A stretch of 64,000 nucleotides of DNA, from NCBI GenBank assembly GCA_020343435.1, contig CP070794.1, positions 583,712-647,711 on the forward strand, read 5' to 3'. Of this stretch, positions 51,800 to 58,562 are shown in pieces. The first letter of the stretch is position 1; every line of letters starts with the position of its first letter. The stretch is from an archaeon (GTDB taxonomy: Archaea > Nanobdellota > Nanobdellia > Pacearchaeales > UBA284). Under the pieces are notes generated by a model. That model saw only the letters and a program-made list of their open reading frames with translations, did not search any database and was not told the origin of the DNA. The position numbers and the translations under genes are program-made.

Positions 51800-52391
51800 T
51801 TTTACTCTTGTATCTCCCTCTTGTCTCAACTTTTTTCAGTTGTTTTAACACGTTTTCATTACCTTTTCTGTATGTTTTTATTACTTCTTTTAAGTAGTTT
51901 TGCCAGCTTTTAAAATGTTTCGATTTCAAAGCTTGAGCTAACAAATATAAGTCCACAGCTTTATCTTCTACCCTCGCTGAATGAAATCCTAAACCAAAAT
52001 CTATGAAATAAACTTTCCTGTTTCTCAGAATCATATTACTAGTAGTTAAGTCTCCATGAATTATGTTATTTTTATGTAAGATTGCCAGATTTTTCCCTAT
52101 TTCTTTACAAATTCTGAAAGCTTCTGTTTTAGGTAATTTATCTAACCATTCACTTAGTTTTTTTCCAGATAAAAATTCCATTTCTATCTGAAATTCTGAT
52201 GTTTTTTTGATTTTTGGGACATCAACCATCTTAGAAGTCTTCTCTAATAATCGAGATTCTCTCTTTGTTCTTCTTTTTCTTAGCATTAAATCTAGATTTT
52301 TATGTCTATAACCCTTTTTTATTCTATCCTTAATCAAAGAATTCCCTTTTCTAATCAGAATTGCTTCAGCTCCTTGTGCTATGATTTTCAT
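51786..52391 (-). CDS. bud32: KEOPS complex kinase/ATPase Bud32 (PRPK, RIO-like)
   Basis: This 201-aa mini-kinase carries 'GAEAIL', 'HGDLTTSNMIL' and 'YFIDFGLG'. Confidence 0.8.
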   Translation of the reverse strand: MKIIAQGAEAILIRKGNSLIKDRIKKGYRHKNLDLMLRKRRTKRESRLLEKTSKMVDVPKIKKTSEFQIEMEFLSGKKLSEWLDKLPKTEAFRICKEIGKNLAILHKNNIIHGDLTTSNMILRNRKVYFIDFGLGFHSARVEDKAVDLYLLAQALKSKHFKSWQNYLKEVIKTYRKGNENVLKQLKKVETRGRYKSKNGTN

Positions 52392-52441
52392 TTTAGAACG
52401 TATGCTGCAAAACTTATAAATTTTAACTTCTAATCTTAACT

Positions 52442-53266
52442 ATGAAAATTCCATGTAAGAACAGAATTTTCTTAGCTCCAATGGCTGAGATTAATGACAT
52501 AGCATTTAGATTATTATGTAAAAAAGCTGGCTGTGGATTAACTTATACTGGAATGATTACTCCATTAACAAAACAGAAATGGGAAATGGATGATAAACCA
52601 GCACTACAATTATTCTCTACATCAACAAGAGGGGTAAAAGAATTCATAAAAAAATATGAAAATAAAGTAACTTTATTTGACTATAACCTTGGATGTCCAG
52701 CACCAACAGCTAGAAAACAAAGGTTCGGATATTTTATACAATCTAAACTAAAAACTATTGAAAAAATTCTACAAATAATGAGGAAATCAACTAAAAAACC
52801 AATAACAATTAAACTAAGAAAATCAAAATATGCATTAAAAATAGCTAAAATAGCAGAAAAATACGTTGATGCAATTGGAATCCATCCAAGAAAAGCTAAT
52901 CAAGGTTATTCTGGAACTCCTGATCTAGATTTTGCTTTGAAATTAAAGAAATCTGTTAAAGTTCCTATAATCTATTCAGGAAATGTTAATGAAACAAACT
53001 ATAAATCTCTATTAAAAAAATTTGATTATATAATGATTGGAAGGAGAGCTATAGGAGATCCAAACATCTTCGCTAAATTAACTAAGAAGAAATCTAATTT
53101 GGGATTCAAAGATTATCTTAAACTAGCTAAAAAATACAAATTCTCTTTTACAAGACTAAAAAGGCAAGCAATTTCATTTACAAAAAGAAGAGCTGGAGCA
53201 AAAAAACTAAGATTAAAGTTAATAAAAACAAAAAATATCAAAGAAATAGAAAAAATTAATGTTTAA
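52442..53266 (+). CDS. tRNA-dihydrouridine synthase (Dus family TIM barrel)
   Basis: It carries 'IFLAPMAEINDIAFRLLCKKAG', 'DYNLGCPA' and 'IGRRAIGDP'. Confidence 0.75.
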   Translation: MKIPCKNRIFLAPMAEINDIAFRLLCKKAGCGLTYTGMITPLTKQKWEMDDKPALQLFSTSTRGVKEFIKKYENKVTLFDYNLGCPAPTARKQRFGYFIQSKLKTIEKILQIMRKSTKKPITIKLRKSKYALKIAKIAEKYVDAIGIHPRKANQGYSGTPDLDFALKLKKSVKVPIIYSGNVNETNYKSLLKKFDYIMIGRRAIGDPNIFAKLTKKKSNLGFKDYLKLAKKYKFSFTRLKRQAISFTKRRAGAKKLRLKLIKTKNIKEIEKINV

Positions 53267-53846
53267 ACAGAGGACAATCAACAACTTCTGTTTCAGCTTC
53301 TCCTCCCTCAAATCTTAGATCAAATCTGAACTTCTCACTTAACTTCTTTAATCCTTCCAAGTTTTCATCATCAATAATTCTTCCAACCCAGGAATTATCT
53401 AATCCATCTGCAGCAACTTTAACGATTCTTACCTTAAAATTATTAGAAATTAATTTTTTCCAATATTCTTCTGCACTTATCCTCCAAATAGGATTAAAAC
53501 ATTTTAATTTTAATTTATCACAAATCTTCTGAATTCTTAATTTTTGGTAATTGGAAGCAACAGCACCAGTTACAATTCCATCAATTTTGAATTTTTCTTT
53601 AGCATTTTGAATAGCTTTTTCTAAATCAACAAGTTCTTCTTCTTTTTCACCTTTAGTTTTCTGAAAAATAATCGGCAAACCAATTTTTTTAGCAATTTTT
53701 TCTATTTTATCTTTAGAAACTTGTTGAAACATATAACTATCAGGATTTTCAGAAAGAATTGAAATCAAACAAACTAATTCTTTTTTATATAAGAATCCAG
53801 AATAAGTAGAATCTTTCCCTCCTGAAAATAAAACTCCTAATTTCAT
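53256..53846 (-). CDS. Diphthine-ammonia ligase-like ATP pyrophosphatase (Dph6/MJ0570 family)
   Basis: 'MKLGVLFSGGKDSTYS' is a PP-loop (SGGKDS). The start is set at ATG 53846, next to the proS stop. Confidence 0.7.
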   Translation of the reverse strand: MKLGVLFSGGKDSTYSGFLYKKELVCLISILSENPDSYMFQQVSKDKIEKIAKKIGLPIIFQKTKGEKEEELVDLEKAIQNAKEKFKIDGIVTGAVASNYQKLRIQKICDKLKLKCFNPIWRISAEEYWKKLISNNFKVRIVKVAADGLDNSWVGRIIDDENLEGLKKLSEKFRFDLRFEGGEAETEVVDCPLFKH

Positions 53847-53847
53847 C

Positions 53848-55266
53848 TTAATAACTCTTAGCAATATAAACTACAGAATTAGATTTTTTACCACAATAAC
53901 AACATTTTCCTTTAGGTTTTTCATTAATCTTACAAATAATCTTTGCTCCACCAGTTTTTGTTTTTATCCAATCTTCACATTTCTGATTTCCGCACCATTC
54001 TGTTTTCACTAATTTCTTGTTTTTAATACTTTTAACAACATCAGATATATTTTTAGCAAGAACAGTGTTGTTTTTCAGATGTCTTTTAGCTTTATTATAG
54101 AGATTATTATGAATATCCTCTAAAACTTTCTCAACTTTTTTAGCAACATCTTTAATCTTAACAAATTCTTTTTTTCCAGTATCTCTTCTAACTAGAACAA
54201 CTTGTTTTAACTTAATGTCTTTAGGTCCTAATTCTAATCTTATTGGAATTCCTTTCATTTCCCAGTCATTGAATTTGAAACCAGGACTAACATCTCTATC
54301 ATCAATCTCAACTCTAACTTTACCTAACTTAATCTTTTTAGCTTCAGAAACAACTTGTTTCTTATCTTTTTTGTAAATAGGAACAATTACAACTTGAGTT
54401 TCAGCGACTTTTGGAGAAACCACTAATCCTTTGCTATCAGAATGCATCATTATTGCAATTCCAATACTTCTAGCTGATAATCCCCAAGAATTCTGCCATA
54501 CATATCTCTCTTTTCCATTTTCATCTTTAAACTTAATATCAAAAGCTTTTGCAAAGTTTTGTCCAAGATTATGAGATGTTCCAGCCTGAGCACATTTTCT
54601 AGAAGGTAAAAAAACTTCTGTAGTTAATGTCTTATCTGCACCTGCAAATTTTTCTTTATCTGTTTTAACTCCTTTAATTACAGGAATTGCAAATATATCT
54701 TTGTAAACATCAACATAATAATCCAATATTTTTTCAACTTCTTGGATAGCTTCTTTTTCAGTTGCAAAAGCAGAATGTCCCTCTTGCCATAAGAATTCTC
54801 TAAATCTAATCAAAGGAATAGGATTCTTAAATTCCCACCTAACAACATTATTCCACTGGTTTAATCTTAATGGTAAATCTCTCCATGATCTTATCCATTT
54901 AGCATAAGCAGGATACATACTACTTTCAGAAGTTGGTCTAATCGCTAACCTTTCTTTTAATTTTGTGTTCCCTGTTTGAGTGACCCAAGCAACTTCAGGA
55001 TTAAATCCTTCAACATGCTCTTTTTCTTTTGCTAAATTAGATTCTGAAACTAATAAAGGAAAATAAGCATTCTTCACACCATCTTTTTTTATCTTATCAT
55101 CAAAATACTTCATAACTTGTTCCCATATAAAATAACATCTTGGTCTAAGAATATAACATCCAGAGACATTAGAGTATTCAATTAGTTCTGCTTTTTGAAT
55201 TAACTGAACAAACCATTCTGAAAATTCATCTTTTTCAGCTGTTATTCCTATCTCCTTCTTTTTCAT
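53848..55266 (-). CDS. proS: Prolyl-tRNA synthetase (archaeal/eukaryotic type)
   Basis: It has class II motifs ('FRPRCYFIWE'-like 'ILRPRCYFIWEQ' and 'RWEFKNPIPLIRFREFLWQEGH'), the anticodon-binding domain and a C-terminal Zn-binding domain ending '...YIAKSY'. Confidence 0.92.
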   Translation of the reverse strand: MKKKEIGITAEKDEFSEWFVQLIQKAELIEYSNVSGCYILRPRCYFIWEQVMKYFDDKIKKDGVKNAYFPLLVSESNLAKEKEHVEGFNPEVAWVTQTGNTKLKERLAIRPTSESSMYPAYAKWIRSWRDLPLRLNQWNNVVRWEFKNPIPLIRFREFLWQEGHSAFATEKEAIQEVEKILDYYVDVYKDIFAIPVIKGVKTDKEKFAGADKTLTTEVFLPSRKCAQAGTSHNLGQNFAKAFDIKFKDENGKERYVWQNSWGLSARSIGIAIMMHSDSKGLVVSPKVAETQVVIVPIYKKDKKQVVSEAKKIKLGKVRVEIDDRDVSPGFKFNDWEMKGIPIRLELGPKDIKLKQVVLVRRDTGKKEFVKIKDVAKKVEKVLEDIHNNLYNKAKRHLKNNTVLAKNISDVVKSIKNKKLVKTEWCGNQKCEDWIKTKTGGAKIICKINEKPKGKCCYCGKKSNSVVYIAKSY

Positions 55267-55347
55267 AAAATACTAAAGATTAATCAATTTTTAAATTTAT
55301 TCAAGAGACACAAAAAGTCTTATAAACAAAAGAATTCTTATAAAATA

Positions 55348-55908
55348 ATGATTGAAAAAGAGCATACATTAAGAGTTCTAAAAAAGACAATCAAAACTTT
55401 GAAAGCAAGAGATATGACTATGTTAAGGACATTATCTAATCAAACAATTCACACAGCTTCTGTTTATCAAGATCCCGATGCAATTGCATTAGCTGTTACT
55501 ATTTATGCTTTAAGTAAGATTGTTGAAAGAGAAAATTACAGACATTATCCTGATTGGAAACCTTTCATAAAATCTTGTTTAAGTTATTTGGATAAAACAA
55601 TCACTTATCTGGAAAAAGGGGATATGAAAAGATTCAGGAATAATTTAATGGGCATTAGAGGAGAAATAGAAAATATTAGTTCTAAACTTAAAGAGTATAT
55701 CAAAGAAGTTTTTAGAAAAGCTGCTATTAGTAAAGCTTCTAGAATATATGAACATGGAATTTCAAGAGCAGAAACAGCAAAACTTCTAGGAATAACTCAA
55801 TGGGAATTAGCAGAATATGTTGGAAGAACTGGAATTGCAGATATTCGTCTAAGTGTCACAAGAACTGTTAGAGACAGAATTAAACTAGCACAATCTTTAT
55901 TCAAATGA
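55348..55908 (+). CDS. Hypothetical protein with C-terminal helix-turn-helix
   Basis: 'ISRAETAKLLGITQWELAEYVGR' is HTH-like. It has a 4-nt ATGA overlap with the downstream PIN-like gene. Confidence 0.45.
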   Translation: MIEKEHTLRVLKKTIKTLKARDMTMLRTLSNQTIHTASVYQDPDAIALAVTIYALSKIVERENYRHYPDWKPFIKSCLSYLDKTITYLEKGDMKRFRNNLMGIRGEIENISSKLKEYIKEVFRKAAISKASRIYEHGISRAETAKLLGITQWELAEYVGRTGIADIRLSVTRTVRDRIKLAQSLFK

Positions 55909-56555
55909 AAGCCTTATTCTTTGACTCATCTTCAATAATCTCTTTAGCATTAAATGATCTTCTATACATTTTAGAACCTTTAAAAAAAGAATTCAAGGGA
56001 GAATTTTATATTACCCCAGATATAAAAGCAGAAGTTATAGATTACTCACTGAACACTAAAAGATTCATGTTAGAAGCACTTATGGTAAAAAAATTAATTG
56101 ATAAGGGAATTCTGAAAATCTACAACAAGAAATTTAATTTCAGGAAATTTTTAGATATGGCAAATAAAACTTTTAAAGCAGATGGAAAATTTATTAATCT
56201 TTTACATAGGGGAGAAGCATCTTGTATTGCAGCATATAGAAGTTTTAATGAACAAAAGAAAGCAATTGTTATTGATGAACGAACCACTAGAATGCTATGT
56301 GAAGCACCAGATAAATTAAAAGATCTTTTAGAAAAGAAATTATCTAAAAAAATACAACCAGTTAAAGATAATTTTAAATTTTTTAAAGATATTAACATAA
56401 TACGATCAAGTGAATTGGCTTTCTTAGCTCTGAATAAGAAAATTCTTGAGTTTCAAGCAACCAAAACTAAAGTTAGAGAAGCTTTACTTTATGCATTAAA
56501 GTTCAAGGGATGTGCTATCTCCACCCAAGAGATTAACGAAGCAATAAAAATCTAA
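55905..56555 (+). CDS. PIN-like domain protein (putative nuclease)
   Basis: The acidic residues follow the PIN pattern: 'FFDSSSII' (D), 'HRGEASCIA' (E) and 'VIDERTT' (D). At 216 aa it is larger than a typical VapC. Confidence 0.45.
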   Translation: MKALFFDSSSIISLALNDLLYILEPLKKEFKGEFYITPDIKAEVIDYSLNTKRFMLEALMVKKLIDKGILKIYNKKFNFRKFLDMANKTFKADGKFINLLHRGEASCIAAYRSFNEQKKAIVIDERTTRMLCEAPDKLKDLLEKKLSKKIQPVKDNFKFFKDINIIRSSELAFLALNKKILEFQATKTKVREALLYALKFKGCAISTQEINEAIKI

Positions 56556-56589
56556 AAACATTTTTAAATTACCAATTCTTATTTTAAAC

Positions 56590-57042
56590 ATGGTAAGAAG
56601 AACCAGAAGAAAAAAGAGGAGAACTACTAGAAAACGAAGAAAGACAGTAAAACCAGCACCAGTTAAAAGAAGAGCATTTACATCAACACAGAGGCATGTA
56701 AACCCAGTTACAGAGGTTCATGTCTTAGGAATTGCAGGAGGAATAGTAACATTGCTTGCAGGGATTCTGTGGTTGCTAGGAAGTCTTTTTTCATGGAGTT
56801 TAGAAGCATTTACATGGTTTAGTTTCGGAGATCTAGGGTTGATAAATATTGCTTGCGGTTTAATCCTTTTACTTTCAGCAGCAACTTTAAAGAAAAATTT
56901 CTTAGGAGTGGGTTTGGTATTATTAATATTTTCAATAATAGCAATAATAGCACCACCAGGAGGATTTGTTGTTGGTCCAATCTTAGGATTGATTGGGGGT
57001 ATAATCGCTTTAGTAAAGTCTGCTAACCCTTCATTCAGATAA
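56590..57042 (+). CDS. Hypothetical membrane protein with poly-Arg/Lys N-terminus
   Basis: 'MVRRTRRKKRRTTRKRRKTVKPAPVKRR' is followed by 3-4 Gly-rich TM helices. Confidence 0.5.
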   Translation: MVRRTRRKKRRTTRKRRKTVKPAPVKRRAFTSTQRHVNPVTEVHVLGIAGGIVTLLAGILWLLGSLFSWSLEAFTWFSFGDLGLINIACGLILLLSAATLKKNFLGVGLVLLIFSIIAIIAPPGGFVVGPILGLIGGIIALVKSANPSFR

Positions 57043-58225
57043 GAGTTAACTGCTTTGATGTGAGAAATCTCTCTTTTCCAGTTTTCATATCCCTTAGTTT
57101 AAACTTTTTCTTTTTTATTTCTTCAGAACCAATGAAAACAACATAAGGGATCTTTTCTTTATTTGCATATTCTAAAGCTTTTGAGATTTTATCCATAATA
57201 AAACAAGAAATATTATTTTTTCTTAATTCTTTTACAATTTTAATAGATTCTTTATCCTGATTTATTGATATTACAATACATTTAACTCTATCACTATCAA
57301 CTTTAGCTATTCCAGTTATCCTATCTAAACCAAAAGACAAACCAACAGCAGGAATCTGTTTATTTAATAATCTTCCAACAGAATCATCAAATCTTCCTCC
57401 ACCAACTAATGAGAATTTGTATTGTTTTGAATTTATTTCAAAAACATTTCCAGTGTAATAACTTAAACCCCTTGCTAAAGAAGCATCAAATTCAACATTA
57501 AATCCATAATCTTTACATAATTTTATTAATTCTTTTACTTCATCTGAACCTTTGAATTCCTCTTCTGTAAAAAAACTTAAATCTTTTTTAATGAAATCTA
57601 AAATTTTCTTAGCTTTCTTATTCCCAGTTACTGAAGAAATATTTTTTTCAATTTCTTGTCTTGTTAACTTATCCAGTTTATCTAATTCTCTCAAAACTTT
57701 TTCTTTATCTGAAATCCCAAATCTTGTTAATAAATCATCTAATAATTTTTTGTTATTAATTCTAATTTTAACTTCAATTTTTAATTCTTTGAAAATATCA
57801 TTAACAACTGCCAAAACTTCAGCATCAGCTTTTATTGAAGAATCACCAATAATATCAATATCACATTGTGTAAATTCTCTATATCTTCCTTTAGCAACAG
57901 GTTCATCTCTAAAAACAGAACCAATCTGATATCTCCTAAAAGGCAATTTTAAATTAGGGTTTTGTTTCAACAATCTTGCTAATTGAAAAGTAAACTCATA
58001 TCTTAAAGCTAGGGCTCTTTTTCCTCTATCTTTTAACTTGAAAATATTACTTACAGCTTCATCTTGTAAATTATCCCCTTTTACAATCTTTTCATACTCA
58101 ATTATTGGGGTCTCAATAGGGCTAAAGCCATATAATCTAAACCATTTTTCAATGATCTCTTTAACCTTAATTCTCTTTAGTGCTTCAACACCAAGAATAT
58201 CTCTAAAACCCTTTACAGATTCCAT
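57035..58225 (-). CDS. hisS: Histidyl-tRNA synthetase
   Basis: It carries 'VKGFRDILG', 'RYEFTFQLAR', 'FRDEPVAKGRYREFTQCDIDIIG' and 'GGGRFD'. Confidence 0.92.
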   Translation of the reverse strand: MESVKGFRDILGVEALKRIKVKEIIEKWFRLYGFSPIETPIIEYEKIVKGDNLQDEAVSNIFKLKDRGKRALALRYEFTFQLARLLKQNPNLKLPFRRYQIGSVFRDEPVAKGRYREFTQCDIDIIGDSSIKADAEVLAVVNDIFKELKIEVKIRINNKKLLDDLLTRFGISDKEKVLRELDKLDKLTRQEIEKNISSVTGNKKAKKILDFIKKDLSFFTEEEFKGSDEVKELIKLCKDYGFNVEFDASLARGLSYYTGNVFEINSKQYKFSLVGGGRFDDSVGRLLNKQIPAVGLSFGLDRITGIAKVDSDRVKCIVISINQDKESIKIVKELRKNNISCFIMDKISKALEYANKEKIPYVVFIGSEEIKKKKFKLRDMKTGKERFLTSKQLTLI

Positions 58226-58239
58226 TCTCTTTTGAAAAG

Positions 58240-58311
58240 GGCGGTAACCGGGAATTGAACCCAGGCCTCACGGACCACAACCGTACGCGCTACCATTACG
58301 CTATTACCGCC
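58240..58311 (-). tRNA. tRNA-His (anticodon GUG) with genome-encoded G-1
   Basis: Hand-folded: G(-1) plus GCGGTAA/TTACCGC acceptor with C73 opposite G-1, anticodon arm TACGG-TTGTGGT-CCGTG and T-arm CTGGG-TTCAATT-CCCGG. It lies 14 nt upstream of hisS on the same strand. Confidence 0.85.
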
Positions 58312-58335
58312 ATATTTAACTTCAAATTCTTGAGA

Positions 58336-58343
58336 ATTAAAAA
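58336..58343 (-). promoter_or_regulatory. TATA-like box for tRNA-His (and possibly hisS)
   Basis: Minus-strand 'TTTTTAAT' ends 24 nt before G-1. Confidence 0.4.
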
Positions 58344-58479
58344 CCTTTGTAATATAAGCAAAGCTAGAAAATCTAATTGGAGTGATGAACACCCCCCCAC
58401 AGTTTACTTTGCTTTTCCATAGAGAAACCAATGAAATTTGGCTTTTAAAATTAACGGTTTGTTCATATAACCTATTTAT

Positions 58480-58562
58480 ACACACATATTAAGTATTAAC
58501 TAACAATATTAAGTATCTATTAGAAAGCTTTATAAGTATAAAAGTACACACAAATTAAGTAT
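58480..58562 (+). repeat. Repeated operator-like motif upstream of the giant ORF
   Basis: The 17-mer ACACACA[T/A]ATTAAGTAT occurs at 58480-58496 and at 58546-58562, with 1 mismatch; the second copy overlaps the ATG. The 11-mer ATATTAAGTAT occurs at 58486-58496 and 58506-58516, exactly 20 bp apart. Confidence 0.5.
58528..58535 (+). promoter_or_regulatory. BRE/TATA-like box for the giant surface-protein gene
   Basis: 'GAAAGC-TTTATAAG': the box ends 24-25 nt before ATG 58561. The AAAGC flank is the same as at the tRNA-Val and tRNA-Ser promoters. Confidence 0.5.

Noticed and set aside
58382-58440. Possible C/D-box sRNA (GTGATGA at 58382-58388, AATGAAA further on)
   Set aside because: No CTGA D or D' boxes occur at the required spacing on either strand, so the C-box-like heptamer is probably a chance match.
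58213-58485. 90-aa minus-strand ORF
   Set aside because: It overlaps the tRNA-His gene and its promoter region, and its translation has no protein-like features.
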